From assembly GCA_947626855.1 (NCBI GenBank), contig CANQTT010000002.1, positions 1-54,179 of the forward strand: a DNA stretch of 54,179 nucleotides, read 5' to 3'. This DNA is from an uncultured Bacilli bacterium (lineage in GTDB: Bacteria; Bacillota_I; Bacilli_A; RF39; UBA660). The notes beneath the pieces were generated by a model that was not told the origin of the DNA, searched no databases, and saw only the letters and a list, made by a program, of their open reading frames with translations. A program made the position numbers and the translations under genes. This document shows positions 1 to 10,535 of the stretch, one piece after another. Positions within the stretch are counted from its first letter, which is position 1. Every line of letters begins with the position of its first letter.

Positions 1-73
1 GACTGACATAATCAATCTCTAATATCCTTATTACCATAGATAGGTAACTTTACACAAAGTTTTTTACACTCTC

Positions 74-1309
74 TTATTGATTGATTTTTTTCTGATGACT
101 AGATTCTTTTCCAGAAACTGGTCCCATACTTCCAAAAGTTTCCCCTTCGATAACAGCTATCTCTTTTTGGATTTGTTGGACATATTCATCGTAAATTGTT
201 TTCCAATTTTTATATTCTAACTCAGAAGCAGAAAGTCTATACTCTTGATCTCTATGAGTAACGACAATCGAACCGGTCATTGTCTCTGCATAAATTTGGC
301 CACGAGATTGCTTTCCACTTAATGGGAAATTTTTATAAGAATGCAATTGTTTATCAAACGCAATTTCTAAATCATCAAGTTTGCATTCCGCAACTTCTTG
401 ATTTCCATACAATTGTGCTTTATTCTTTAATTCGCAAAAAATCATTAACTTTTCTTTTAATTTAGCCTTTTGATCAGAAGTCAACTTTTTATCACTTAAA
501 TAAGTATCAATCATCATCTCAAATATCTCAGTAATACCATGAGAGTCAAATTGTGGTCTATTATTAATAATTGTTAAAACCTTATCAAGTTCGTCAAAAG
601 AATGAAGTTGCCAATTTTTTAAACCATCTGTAATAAGTGTTCTTTGAACATGTAAAAGAGCAGACAAAGAATTATTCCTGTTAAAATTATTACTTTGGAT
701 AATAAAATTAGCCATTTCGTAAAAATTATATTCTGTTGCGAATTGATTATTCAAAAAGTGTTCAACAGGTTGATTATTTTGATTCATCTGACAATAAAGT
801 TTGGCCAATTGAATTTCTGAAAAATAGGTAGAACTAGTTCCTCTATCCATGATACCCATCGTTAAACATTCTGTCATTCCTTCATTTAAAACAGGAGAAT
901 CTGATGGCCTATAATTCAAACAATTTGTTTCATGCATTACTAAAAAATGAATAAATTCATGGCAGAAATTAGCACACATAAATTCAAAATTAGTACTACC
1001 AACTGGATACATTGTAATTGTTCTTTGTTCAGGAGAATAAGTTCCTGCTACACAATATGCACTTTCTCTATTTTGTTTATTTAATACAATAGATAATTGT
1101 TCTCTACTAGGTGTTAAAAGATATTTTTCAAAAAAAGAATGCCAATCTCTTACCTCTATTAAATGATTTTGTTGAAAATAACTATCCATTCGAAACATAA
1201 CTTCTTGGAAGACCGGTATCAACGAACGATCAATTTTTATTTTTTTTAAATTTTCTTTTGTCAAAAGTTCTAAAAAAGGACTTGAACTCATTTTTGACAT
1301 AAAACTCAC
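74..1309 (-). CDS. hypothetical cytoplasmic protein with a gluzincin-like zinc-protease signature
   Basis: 411-aa ORF. CHEFIHFLV contains HExxH, followed 21 residues later by NEGMTE, which resembles the thermolysin/M1-type HExxH...NEx spacing. No signal peptide or TM segment seen. Confidence 0.5.
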   Translation of the reverse strand: MSFMSKMSSSPFLELLTKENLKKIKIDRSLIPVFQEVMFRMDSYFQQNHLIEVRDWHSFFEKYLLTPSREQLSIVLNKQNRESAYCVAGTYSPEQRTITMYPVGSTNFEFMCANFCHEFIHFLVMHETNCLNYRPSDSPVLNEGMTECLTMGIMDRGTSSTYFSEIQLAKLYCQMNQNNQPVEHFLNNQFATEYNFYEMANFIIQSNNFNRNNSLSALLHVQRTLITDGLKNWQLHSFDELDKVLTIINNRPQFDSHGITEIFEMMIDTYLSDKKLTSDQKAKLKEKLMIFCELKNKAQLYGNQEVAECKLDDLEIAFDKQLHSYKNFPLSGKQSRGQIYAETMTGSIVVTHRDQEYRLSASELEYKNWKTIYDEYVQQIQKEIAVIEGETFGSMGPVSGKESSHQKKINQ

Positions 1310-1434
1310 CCCTCAGGTTGCTTATTATAACATACTTTTTCTTTTTGTCAAATTGAGACGAATAGAAATAAAAAGGATATTCCATCAAAAAAATAGTGAG
1401 GGAGATTTCTCACCAACACTATTTACTTCACCAA

Positions 1435-1599
1435 TTATTCATACATGATAAGAGCTGAAAAACAATAAATTTGTTCTTCAGCAAAAATACCAATAGCTAC
1501 TTGATATTTAATATCAATCACTTTTACATTTTCTATAAATTCATTAATAGCATTTTCTAAATCCTTTTCATGACTCTCATCAAAAACCTTCACTTTCAT
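1435..1599 (-). CDS. Cse60-like small sporulation protein (54 aa), absent from the ORF track
   Basis: Hand translation: MKVKVFDESHEKDLENAINEFIENVKVIDIKYQVAIGIFAEEQIYCFSALIMYE. ATG at 1599 is preceded by AAGGTGA; TAA at 1435-1437. The FDESHEKDLE ... IDIKY ... EEQIYCFSALI pattern matches my recollection of the Bacillus Cse60/YteV family. Confidence 0.5.
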   Translation of the reverse strand: MKVKVFDESHEKDLENAINEFIENVKVIDIKYQVAIGIFAEEQIYCFSALIMYE

Positions 1600-1647
1600 C
1601 GTATCACCTTATTTAGTATAAGAGAAGAAAGTTTTCTTTTTTGTCGA

Positions 1648-2901
1648 TTAAAATTTTTGTGTTCTTGTAGAAAATTTTTGTCTCAATCCCGGAGCATTTA
1701 CTACCTCTCTTGGATTAAAAGTACGAGAACTATAAGCACTCCATAAGAAGTAATCAATCATGTAATGACCTGTTGCAATTTGTAAATGAACATGTCCACC
1801 AGTGGAACAATGATCCCAGGTTTCAATACTTGGAACACCTCCACTTAAACCAATAACACTATCCTTTGTAACAATATCTCCTACTTTTACCTTAATAGAA
1901 GCCAAATGCATATATCCTGAAGTATACTTCTTTCCATTAACCGTATGGGCAATATATACCTGGTTTCCTCCGCAAGATAGTTTATTAAATACCGCTACTA
2001 CCCTTCCATTTGCAATTGGATAAACATTCGTGTTGTGAGGAACAGCAAAATCAAGTCCCGCATGTCCTTCTGTTACCTCTTTACCATTTAATACATAAGT
2101 CCTCATTCCATAATTACTAGAAACAGTACCAGAAATAACAGGTCTCCAAAAAGCAGTATCTGGTGGAAGTTGATCAGGATGTCTTGCTAAACAAGCAGCA
2201 TAATCCTCATTTTCATCACAACCATAATCTTTGTATGTTTTTTCATAATTGGCGATATTTTCACGAATCGCTTTTAATTCTGTTTCAATGTCTAAAGCTC
2301 CCTCTATCGTTGTATTTAAATCATTCTGTAATCGATTAATCGTTGATTCCAATTCTTTAGACTTATTATCTAATTCAATAATTTTACCAGATAATTCTTC
2401 CGTTTTTTCTTGATTTTGACGAATCAAAGACTCATATTCCTCAATGAGAGAATCATTATAATCACTTAATTGTTCCGCAATCGCAAAACGATAAATAAAA
2501 TCAGTAAAATCAGCTGCCATAAACACGTATTCTAAGTAGGCATCTTCCCCTGTTGCAGATATCTGATAATAACTAATAATATCTTTAATTTCTTCATTTT
2601 TAGATTCAATTTCCGTATTTAACTTATCAATTTCCTCTTTTAAAGCCTGAATATCTTCTTCTAGCTGCATCTTTTCTTTAGTAATCCGGTTAACTTCTTG
2701 ATTTGCTCGATCAATTTCAGCTTGCGTAGATTCTTGTTTGTCTTTATTTTCTTGATATCTTTGCTCAATAGCTGCTAATTCCTCACGAAGAGCTTTCAAG
2801 GATTTAGCCTCTGCCTCTGGTAAAAAATCAGGCAATAGAACTTGACTCGCTAAAAGACAAAAGGCAAGAACTACATAGCTAATTCTTTTAATAACTTTCA
2901 T
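1648..2901 (-). CDS. M23 family peptidoglycan metalloendopeptidase with N-terminal signal anchor and long coiled coil (EnvC-like architecture)
   Basis: Hydrophobic N-terminus, about 200 aa of heptad-rich E/K/L sequence, then M23 motifs HAGLDFAV ... GYMHL ... GGHVHLQI. Confidence 0.85.
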   Translation of the reverse strand: MKVIKRISYVVLAFCLLASQVLLPDFLPEAEAKSLKALREELAAIEQRYQENKDKQESTQAEIDRANQEVNRITKEKMQLEEDIQALKEEIDKLNTEIESKNEEIKDIISYYQISATGEDAYLEYVFMAADFTDFIYRFAIAEQLSDYNDSLIEEYESLIRQNQEKTEELSGKIIELDNKSKELESTINRLQNDLNTTIEGALDIETELKAIRENIANYEKTYKDYGCDENEDYAACLARHPDQLPPDTAFWRPVISGTVSSNYGMRTYVLNGKEVTEGHAGLDFAVPHNTNVYPIANGRVVAVFNKLSCGGNQVYIAHTVNGKKYTSGYMHLASIKVKVGDIVTKDSVIGLSGGVPSIETWDHCSTGGHVHLQIATGHYMIDYFLWSAYSSRTFNPREVVNAPGLRQKFSTRTQKF

Positions 2902-2908
2902 ACTTCAC

Positions 2909-3544
2909 CTACTCTTTCAATTCTTTACGAACTTGTTTATAATTTGGACAATATTTCGAAACCAAACTCCAAAAAGCTTGAGAATGATCAAAGTGTATAA
3001 TATGACTTAACTCATGAATAATGACATAATCTAATTTATCTAAGGAGTATTCAATCAAATGACTATTTAAAGTAATGGAATGGTTTTTCTTATTATAAAC
3101 ACCCCACCTAGTCTTCATCGAACGAATTTTTAAACTAGGGATTTTAATATCTTCATGAAACCGTTCACATTGCATTTGATAACGATCATGAAAAACTTTT
3201 AAAATCTCTTGATTGTACCATTTTTCTAAGGCTTTTTGACTAGGCGTATATATTTTTCCATCTTCTATCTCAATCTTATCCATGATAGACACTTCAATTA
3301 TATCATAAGAATGACCTAAATAAAAGAAACTCTTTTGCTTTTCTAATTGAGATAATTTTCGAGCTAACATTTTTTCTAAGGAATGATGATTTTCCTTCAA
3401 CATTCTTTCCACATCTTTTTTAGTGCTCCAACGAGAAGTACACACATAAATTTTTAAGTCATCTTTGATGCGAATATAAGAATTTTTATTATTTTTTTTC
3501 TCGATGACAACCTCATATTCTTCTTGATTGATTTGATACTTCAT
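2909..3544 (-). CDS. YgjP/DUF45-type (SprT-like) metal-dependent hydrolase
   Basis: C-terminal IIHELSHIIHFDHSQAFWSLV (HExxH followed by the H..FW motif typical of the YgjP family); 211 aa. Confidence 0.8.
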   Translation of the reverse strand: MKYQINQEEYEVVIEKKNNKNSYIRIKDDLKIYVCTSRWSTKKDVERMLKENHHSLEKMLARKLSQLEKQKSFFYLGHSYDIIEVSIMDKIEIEDGKIYTPSQKALEKWYNQEILKVFHDRYQMQCERFHEDIKIPSLKIRSMKTRWGVYNKKNHSITLNSHLIEYSLDKLDYVIIHELSHIIHFDHSQAFWSLVSKYCPNYKQVRKELKE

Positions 3545-3556
3545 GAAAACACCTAC

Positions 3557-4999
3557 TTATATCATGCGAAGGAATGCGAAGATTGCTATACTTACAAGGA
3601 ATAAAAGCAAAGCCAATCGCCAAATATAAGACAACCATTTTTGATAAGGAATTTTTAAATAACTTAAACCTGCTACCAATAATAAACTACTAGGAGCAAC
3701 CATACTCATAATTCCATGCCCTATTTGCATCATGAAAGTAGATACAAACAAATCCATTCCTTCATAAACATTACTTATAAATACACTAGCTAGAGACTGA
3801 AATTCTTGATAATTTCCTACAAAAAATCCATATAGAACACTTAAAAAGGCAGAGAATGGAATCGCTAATTTTGTAATATTCGTTTTAAAAAATCCTACTA
3901 TGGTTGTTAAAAAATTAGGATTTATAGCCGATGTATCTTTTAATAAAACTAAAGCAGTAGCTGCTAAAACTACATAACAAGCTGGCTTTAACATTCTTTT
4001 TATTCCCTTTTTGACACATTCTATCATATCGTCAAAAGTAAAAGCATACACAAATCCAATCATCGCACTTAAAATTAATAAAAGACCACCAAGAGTAAAT
4101 TCAGACCAATATCCAAATGGTTCCATCTTTCCAAAAAGGTTTTGAGCAATTGGATAATTTCCTACGGAGCTTGACATCAAATTTTCATAAACATCCGTTA
4201 CAGAAGTAGATTGGAAAACGTAATAAGCATTATAGCATCCCACTAAAAAGACGAAAAAGAAAATAGAGCATAAAAGAATAATTGGCAAATAACTCTTTTC
4301 CCTTTTTGGAATTTCTTCCTCTTCCTCTGTTTCCAAAGAAGGAACCTTTTTCATATATAAATAAATAAGGAAAATAAGGGCTACTACTAAAAATAAGAAA
4401 ATTTTAAAGCCGATATAGTTTTCTACTTTTAAAGAATACATTACATTATTAATACCAGCTACTTCACTGCCCAAAATAGAAACAGCATTTCCCACCATGC
4501 AAGATAAAAAAGTAGCGGCAAAACAAGTAATTCTAGAATAATCTAATTTTAATAAAATTGTGACAAAAAAAGGAATTAGAACAAAAGCAATGGCATTTAC
4601 ACCAATCAAAGAAGAAAATAGAAAAAAGAAAATAGCAGTTGCAAATAAAAAAGCAGTCTTTTTTTCTTTTACTTTCATTTGAATAGTATCTATTAACTTT
4701 CCATATGCTCCTGTTTTCTTTAAGACACTATAAAAAATACCAGTTGCAAATATCAGTAAAATCATTCCAGAATAGCTAAACGCTAACACCGAAGTGCCAT
4801 CTGTAAATAGTTGTAAAATTACCGAGTTACAGTTAAAAAAATGAAAAGGTGCTAAAGCAACATCAATTAACCCTAAAGGATTATACCCTGAATTGACAAA
4901 TTCCCCTTCAGTCAATAAACTAGAAGGAATGAGCCAACTTCCTAAAATTAAAACAAGAACCATAATAAAGATGGTTTTTAATAAAACATTTTTCTTCAT
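3557..4999 (-). CDS. polytopic membrane transporter, YfcC/anaerobic C4-dicarboxylate-carrier-like family
   Basis: More than 10 hydrophobic segments. Likely start is ATG at 4999 (MKKNVLLK...) preceded by GGTGA, rather than the longer ORF start at 5056. Confidence 0.55.
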   Translation of the reverse strand: MKKNVLLKTIFIMVLVLILGSWLIPSSLLTEGEFVNSGYNPLGLIDVALAPFHFFNCNSVILQLFTDGTSVLAFSYSGMILLIFATGIFYSVLKKTGAYGKLIDTIQMKVKEKKTAFLFATAIFFFLFSSLIGVNAIAFVLIPFFVTILLKLDYSRITCFAATFLSCMVGNAVSILGSEVAGINNVMYSLKVENYIGFKIFLFLVVALIFLIYLYMKKVPSLETEEEEEIPKREKSYLPIILLCSIFFFVFLVGCYNAYYVFQSTSVTDVYENLMSSSVGNYPIAQNLFGKMEPFGYWSEFTLGGLLLILSAMIGFVYAFTFDDMIECVKKGIKRMLKPACYVVLAATALVLLKDTSAINPNFLTTIVGFFKTNITKLAIPFSAFLSVLYGFFVGNYQEFQSLASVFISNVYEGMDLFVSTFMMQIGHGIMSMVAPSSLLLVAGLSYLKIPYQKWLSYIWRLALLLFLVSIAIFAFLRMI

Positions 5000-5085
5000 A
5001 CCATCACCATTATCATTATAGCAAAAAAAAACATTCTTTGATAACCAATGTATCAATTTTCACTATTTTTTTATTTTTTTTAACA

Positions 5086-5094
5086 TGTTATAAT
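5086..5094 (+). promoter_or_regulatory. extended -10 element (TGtTATAAT) upstream of the radical SAM gene
   Basis: aacaTGtTATAAT lies about 20 nt upstream of RBS AAGGAGG and ATG 5116. No good -35 seen. Confidence 0.35.
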
Positions 5095-5115
5095 AAAGAG
5101 ACATAAGGAGGAACT

Positions 5116-6066
5116 ATGAAAAATCCATTTCCATATTCTGATACGAATAAACGATATCACACCTTAGATTATTTCTATAAGCATAAATTTCATTCTAAAG
5201 TATGCAAAATATCCTTAAATGCAGGATTTACATGTCCTAATATTGACGGAACTGTAGGTTATGGAGGATGTATCTATTGCTCTTCCTCTGGCAGTGGTGA
5301 ATACGGTGGAAACAGTCAAGATAGCCTTCTCACACAATTCTCTAAAATTCGAGAAGTTATGAATCGAAAATGGCCTAATAGTAAATATATTGGATATTTT
5401 CAGGCTCATACGAATACTTATGCCCCACTTCCCATTTTAAAAGAAAAATATGAAACGATTTTACAATTAGAAGATGTTGTTGGGCTTGCTATCGCAACTA
5501 GACCGGATGCTATTTCGGAAGAATGCCTAGATTATCTAGAAGAATTATCCAAAAAGACTTATTTAACCGTAGAACTGGGGTTACAGACAATTCATGAAAA
5601 AACCTCCAAACTCATCAATCGTTGTCACTCTCTGGAATGTTTTGAGAGCATGGTAAAAAAATTAAGAGCCAAAAAAATTAATGTCGTTGTTCATATCATC
5701 GATGGACTTCCTTATGAAACAGAAGAGATGATGATAGAAACCGCAAAGTATTTAAATACGTTAGACATTCAGGGAATAAAGATTCACATGTTATCGATTC
5801 TAAAAAATACGGCCTTAGCGAATCTTTATGAACAAGAGAAATTCCCCATTTTAGCAAGAGATAAATATATTGAAATTGTTTGTAAACAATTAGAATATTT
5901 ACGATCAGAAATAGTCATTCATAGAATTACTGGAGATCCAAAATTAGATGATTTGATAGCTCCTTCCTGGTTAGATAAAAAAGTAACGATTTTAAATGAT
6001 ATCGACAAATATCTAGCTACCCATGATAGTTATCAGGGAAAATTGGTAAAAGAAAAAGAATCCTAA
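5116..6066 (+). CDS. TIGR01212-family radical SAM protein (YhcC-like)
   Basis: N-terminal CPNIDGTVGYGGCIYCS cluster plus the characteristic YFQAHTNTYA and RITGD motifs. Strong RBS AAGGAGG. One of only two plus-strand genes. Confidence 0.85.
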   Translation: MKNPFPYSDTNKRYHTLDYFYKHKFHSKVCKISLNAGFTCPNIDGTVGYGGCIYCSSSGSGEYGGNSQDSLLTQFSKIREVMNRKWPNSKYIGYFQAHTNTYAPLPILKEKYETILQLEDVVGLAIATRPDAISEECLDYLEELSKKTYLTVELGLQTIHEKTSKLINRCHSLECFESMVKKLRAKKINVVVHIIDGLPYETEEMMIETAKYLNTLDIQGIKIHMLSILKNTALANLYEQEKFPILARDKYIEIVCKQLEYLRSEIVIHRITGDPKLDDLIAPSWLDKKVTILNDIDKYLATHDSYQGKLVKEKES

Positions 6067-6836
6067 GATTCTTTTTTCGATTCTGAATAGGAATGACTAC
6101 ATACTAATTTTAAATCTTTTAAAATCCAATTTTCTGATGACTCTAAAAGCATGTGATTGCAGGATGGACAAAAAGTAGGATTGCCCTGTAATTTTTCTGA
6201 ACAATAAGAACACTTCCGGAAAATTTTCTTACGATGATGTTTGATAAAGATGAGCGTATAACAACTCTCATATCGAACTCGTGCTGATGTTAATCGAAAT
6301 GGTTCTTCCATTTTCTTCATGTATTTATCCTCTAACACAGATAAATTGATAACAGCCCTATCTTGATCTTTTGTTTGCTCAAATGACATGATTTGAATTT
6401 TTTTTAAATCAATATTTTTTCTAACAGATTGTCTTCCAGAATCCTCCAAGTGTTTCATTTGCTTTGAAAACTGTTCATATAATTCGATTCCTAATTGTTT
6501 CTGCAATTTCTCATATTCTAAATTCATGAAATTTGTCTGAATATCTCGATATAACAAAAACATATCTTTCGCAAATTCTCTTTCATCAAAATTTGCTGGA
6601 AAAGAAATGGTTTTCTCTTCATTTGGAGAGATTTCTTCTGATGGTGTCTCTTCCAAAGATGGAGATTCTTCTGGTTCTTCTATTTCTTCTTCCGTATCTT
6701 CTCTCCATAAAACAAGTAAAAGAACAGCAACAATAAAAATCAGAACAGAAAAAATCGCAGAAGGAATCAACAAAGACAAGAATGAAAGAACAAGAATTAT
6801 TATATTTAAAAGGATTTGTATCTTTCTTCTATCCAT
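6063..6836 (-). CDS. membrane-anchored protein with acidic linker, Tim44-like domain and C-terminal CxxC...CxxC zinc ribbon
   Basis: One or two TM helices, an EEEIEEPEESPSLEE linker, and CSYCSEKLQGNPTFCPSCN near the C-terminus. Start ATG 6836 is preceded by AGGTGG. The 3' end overlaps the convergent radical SAM gene by 4 nt. Confidence 0.5.
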   Translation of the reverse strand: MDRRKIQILLNIIILVLSFLSLLIPSAIFSVLIFIVAVLLLVLWREDTEEEIEEPEESPSLEETPSEEISPNEEKTISFPANFDEREFAKDMFLLYRDIQTNFMNLEYEKLQKQLGIELYEQFSKQMKHLEDSGRQSVRKNIDLKKIQIMSFEQTKDQDRAVINLSVLEDKYMKKMEEPFRLTSARVRYESCYTLIFIKHHRKKIFRKCSYCSEKLQGNPTFCPSCNHMLLESSENWILKDLKLVCSHSYSESKKES

Positions 6837-6870
6837 CTTTACCACCTATTATCATTGTATCACAAAACAA

Positions 6871-6900
6871 GAAAAAAGACATATGAATTGATATGTCTTT
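6871..6900 (-). terminator. rho-independent terminator after rpoC
   Basis: 10-bp stem AAAGACATAT/ATATGTCTTT (6875-6884 with 6891-6900), 6-nt loop, U-run on the minus strand. Overlaps the rpoC stop codon. Confidence 0.6.
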
Positions 6901-9900
6901 TATTCTACAAATTCTTGTTCCAAAGCCTCTAATGGCTCTTCTTTTAAATTATCAAGGGTTAAATCATATTCCGCTTGACGATATTTTTTAGCCCCTGTAC
7001 CAGCTGGAATCAATTTACCAAGAAGAACATTCTCTTTTAATCCTTGTAGATAATCTACTTTTCCATGAATAGCAGCATCTGTCAAGATACGAGTTGTTTC
7101 TTGGAAAGAAGCAGCTGATAGGAAGGAATCTGTTTCAAGAGATGCTTTCGTAATACCAAGCAATACTGGTACTCCTTTTGCAGGAATCTTACCTTCCAAA
7201 ATTAAATTTTGGTTCGTTTCTGTAAAGTTATTGTAATTTACCATCGTTCCAGGTAAGAAATAAGAATCTCCTGAATTAATAATCTTAATTTTAGAAATCA
7301 TACGTTTAGCCATAATTTCAACGTGCTTATCAGAAATATCAACACCTTGTGAACGGTAAACTTTCTGAATTTCTAACAAGATATATTGTTGTGTTGTAAT
7401 TGGGTCAGTTACTGCCAGTAATTCTTTCGGATTAATGGCTCCAAAAGTAATTCTTTCTCCGGCTTTAATATCTTGTCCCTTTTCAACACATAATTTAGCT
7501 CCATAATGAGTTGTATATTTCTTTGTCTCTACGTCATTCTTAACATAGACAACAAAATTTCCATTTCCTTCTTCTATTTCACTAATTACACCATTAATTT
7601 CTGAAATAGTAGCTTTTCCTTTCGGATTACGAGATTCAAATAATTCTTGAACACGAGGAAGACCTTGTGTAATATCATCTCCCGCAACTCCACCTGTATT
7701 GAAAGTACGCATTGTTAACTGAGTTCCTGGTTCACCAATAGATTGAGCAGCCATAATACCAACAGCTTCTCCCTCTTCAACAATTGTACCAGTTGCAAGA
7801 TTACGACCATAACACATTCTACAAACACCATGATCTTCTTTACAAGTAAGAACCGTACGAATTGGTACTTTTGTAATACCTGCTGCTATAATCTTATCTG
7901 CTAAATTCTCAGTGATATAAGTATTTCTTTCACAAATAGTTTCTTTTGTTTCTGGATGAATAACCTTTTTACTAGTATATCGTCCAACAATACGATCGTA
8001 TAAAGATTCAATTACCGTACCATCTTTTTCATTAATGAAAGCCTCTACTAAAACTCCGTTATCAGTACCACAATCTTCAGATTTTACAATGATATCCTGT
8101 GCAACATCTACTAAACGACGAGTTAAGTATCCTGCATCAGCTGTCTTCAATGCGGTATCAACGGCTCCTTTACGAGCACCATGGGTTGATAAGAAGAATT
8201 CACTAATGGTAACTCCATCACTGAAGGAAGAAACTACTGGGATTTCTTCAGATTTTCCATTTGGTTTACCGAATAATCCACGCATACCAACTAACTGCGT
8301 ATAAGAACCCATATCTCCACGAGCCTTAGAAGTCATCATAATACAGATTGGGTTTTCACTATCTTCTTTTACCATTTCTTCAAGTTCTTTTTGAACTTTA
8401 CCTTTAGCCTCTGTCCAAATAGCAATAACTTTTTGATATCTTTCATCTTCTGTAATCAAACCACGTTTAAATTGTTTATTAACCTGATCTACCATAGCTT
8501 GAGCTTCTTTTACAATTTCTCCCTTTTGACGAGATGGTTTAATATCACTAATAGCGATACTAATACCAGATAAGGTAGAATACTTAAAGCCTAAATCTTT
8601 TAATTTATCAAGCATAATAGAAGTTTCTGTCGTTTGATAACGTTTATAGATTTGAGCAATTAATTTGGTAAGAACACCTTTTGCAAAAGCTGGAACAAGT
8701 TCCATATTAGCAATCGCTTCTGGAATATTTGTACCTCTTTCTAATAAATATTTAGCAGGGGTAACTTTTTCAATATTTTCTGTTGTTCCATCATTGATAT
8801 ATTGGAACGTGTCTGGGAAGATTTCATTAAATAAAATTTTTCCAACAGTGGTTACCAAATACTTATCCATATAAGAATCTGGGAATAATTTATGTTTAAA
8901 AGCCCGAACTGGCACTGCAATTCTAGTATGAAGAGTAATCTCTCTTCTCTCATAAGACATTAAAGCCTCATCAGGACTCTTGAACACTCTTCCTTCACCT
9001 GGTAGTCCTGCTTTTTCAATGGTAATATAGTAATTTCCTAATACCATATCCTGTCCTGGTGTAACAATTGGCTTACCATCGGATGGTTTCAAAATGTTAT
9101 TAGCACCTAACATTAAAATTCTTGCTTCTGCTTGAGCTTCTTTCGTAATTGGTACATGCACAGCCATCTGATCTCCATCAAAATCGGCATTGAACGCTGT
9201 ACATACAAGTGGATGTAGACGGATACTTCTGCCATCAATTAATTTTGGTTCAAATGCTTGAATACCTAAACGGTGAAGAGTTGGAGCACGGTTTAACATA
9301 ACAGGGTGTTCCTTAATCTTTTCTTCTACGACATCCCAAACTCTTGGATCTTGATTTTCAATCATCTTCTTAGCAACTTTGATATTGCTAGCAATCTCTT
9401 TTTGAACCAATCCATTAATTACATGTGGCTTAAATAATTCAAGAGCCATTTCTTTTGGAATACCACATTCATACATTTTTAAGCTTGGTCCTACAACGAT
9501 TACAGAACGTCCAGAATAATCTACACGTTTTCCAAGTAAGTTTTGACGGAAACGTCCTTGCTTTCCCTTTAGCATACTGCTTAATGATTTTAAAGGTCTA
9601 TTACCAGCACCAGTAATATTCCGTCCTCTTCTTCCATTATCAAAAAGGGCATCTACTGCTTCTTGAAGCATACGTTTCTCATTTTGAATGATAATACTAG
9701 GGGCACCTAACTCCATTAATTTTTTAAGACGATTATTACGATTAATAACTCTTCTATATAAATCGTTCAAATCAGAGGTTGCAAATCTACCACCATCCAA
9801 TTGAATCATAGGTCGTAACTCTGGTGGAATAACAGGAAGAGCATCTAAAATCATCCATTCTGGTTTATTACCAGATTCTAGAAAAGCATCTAAAATATCT

Positions 9901-10535
9901 AAACGTTTGATCAAACGAATTCTCTTTTGAGAAGAAGAATCTTTAATCTGTTCAATTTCAGCTTTAATTTCATCTACTTCTTTTTGAAGATCAACGCCCA
10001 TTAATAATTCTTTAATTGCTTCTGCACCCATTCCTACACGGAAAGTATTTCCATATTTCTCATAGTAAGCACGGTATTCTTTATCACTAATTGTTTGCTT
10101 CTTTTCAAGAGGAGCTGGTCCTGGATCAAGCACAACATAAGATACAAAGTAAAGTACTTCTTCTAGATCTCTTGGGCTCATATCAAGAACCAATCCCATA
10201 CGAGATGGAACTCCCTTAAAGAACCAAATGTGAGACACAGGAGTAGCAAGTTCAATGTGTCCCATACGTTCCCTACGTACCTTAGAACGAGTAACTTCTA
10301 CCCCACATCTATCACAAATAATATTTTTATATCTTAATCTTTTGTATTTTCCACAAGAACATTCAAAATCCTTTGTTGGACCAAATATTTTTTCACAAAA
10401 TAATCCATCACGTTCTGGTTTTAAAGTACGATAGTTAATAGTTTCTGCTTTCTTTACTTCTCCATAAGACCAAGAACGAATTTTTTCAGGAGAAGCAATA
10501 CTAATTCTTAAACCTTCAAAACTATTTACATCCAT
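6900..10535 (-). CDS. rpoC: DNA-directed RNA polymerase subunit beta prime
   Basis: 1211 aa with the catalytic NADFDGDQM motif, zinc-binding cysteines and full-length similarity to Firmicutes RpoC. Start overlaps the rpoB stop (TAATG). Confidence 0.98.
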   Translation of the reverse strand: MDVNSFEGLRISIASPEKIRSWSYGEVKKAETINYRTLKPERDGLFCEKIFGPTKDFECSCGKYKRLRYKNIICDRCGVEVTRSKVRRERMGHIELATPVSHIWFFKGVPSRMGLVLDMSPRDLEEVLYFVSYVVLDPGPAPLEKKQTISDKEYRAYYEKYGNTFRVGMGAEAIKELLMGVDLQKEVDEIKAEIEQIKDSSSQKRIRLIKRLDILDAFLESGNKPEWMILDALPVIPPELRPMIQLDGGRFATSDLNDLYRRVINRNNRLKKLMELGAPSIIIQNEKRMLQEAVDALFDNGRRGRNITGAGNRPLKSLSSMLKGKQGRFRQNLLGKRVDYSGRSVIVVGPSLKMYECGIPKEMALELFKPHVINGLVQKEIASNIKVAKKMIENQDPRVWDVVEEKIKEHPVMLNRAPTLHRLGIQAFEPKLIDGRSIRLHPLVCTAFNADFDGDQMAVHVPITKEAQAEARILMLGANNILKPSDGKPIVTPGQDMVLGNYYITIEKAGLPGEGRVFKSPDEALMSYERREITLHTRIAVPVRAFKHKLFPDSYMDKYLVTTVGKILFNEIFPDTFQYINDGTTENIEKVTPAKYLLERGTNIPEAIANMELVPAFAKGVLTKLIAQIYKRYQTTETSIMLDKLKDLGFKYSTLSGISIAISDIKPSRQKGEIVKEAQAMVDQVNKQFKRGLITEDERYQKVIAIWTEAKGKVQKELEEMVKEDSENPICIMMTSKARGDMGSYTQLVGMRGLFGKPNGKSEEIPVVSSFSDGVTISEFFLSTHGARKGAVDTALKTADAGYLTRRLVDVAQDIIVKSEDCGTDNGVLVEAFINEKDGTVIESLYDRIVGRYTSKKVIHPETKETICERNTYITENLADKIIAAGITKVPIRTVLTCKEDHGVCRMCYGRNLATGTIVEEGEAVGIMAAQSIGEPGTQLTMRTFNTGGVAGDDITQGLPRVQELFESRNPKGKATISEINGVISEIEEGNGNFVVYVKNDVETKKYTTHYGAKLCVEKGQDIKAGERITFGAINPKELLAVTDPITTQQYILLEIQKVYRSQGVDISDKHVEIMAKRMISKIKIINSGDSYFLPGTMVNYNNFTETNQNLILEGKIPAKGVPVLLGITKASLETDSFLSAASFQETTRILTDAAIHGKVDYLQGLKENVLLGKLIPAGTGAKKYRQAEYDLTLDNLKEEPLEALEQEFVE

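Noticed and set aside
8035-8874. Plus-strand ORFs inside rpoC (8035..8304, 8391..8573, 8665..8874), and similar ones inside rpoB (11477..11683 plus; 11500..11736 minus, alternative frame)
   Set aside because: They are embedded in or antisense to highly conserved RNA polymerase genes. They have no RBS, and their composition is typical of antisense or alternative-frame artefacts in AT-rich DNA.
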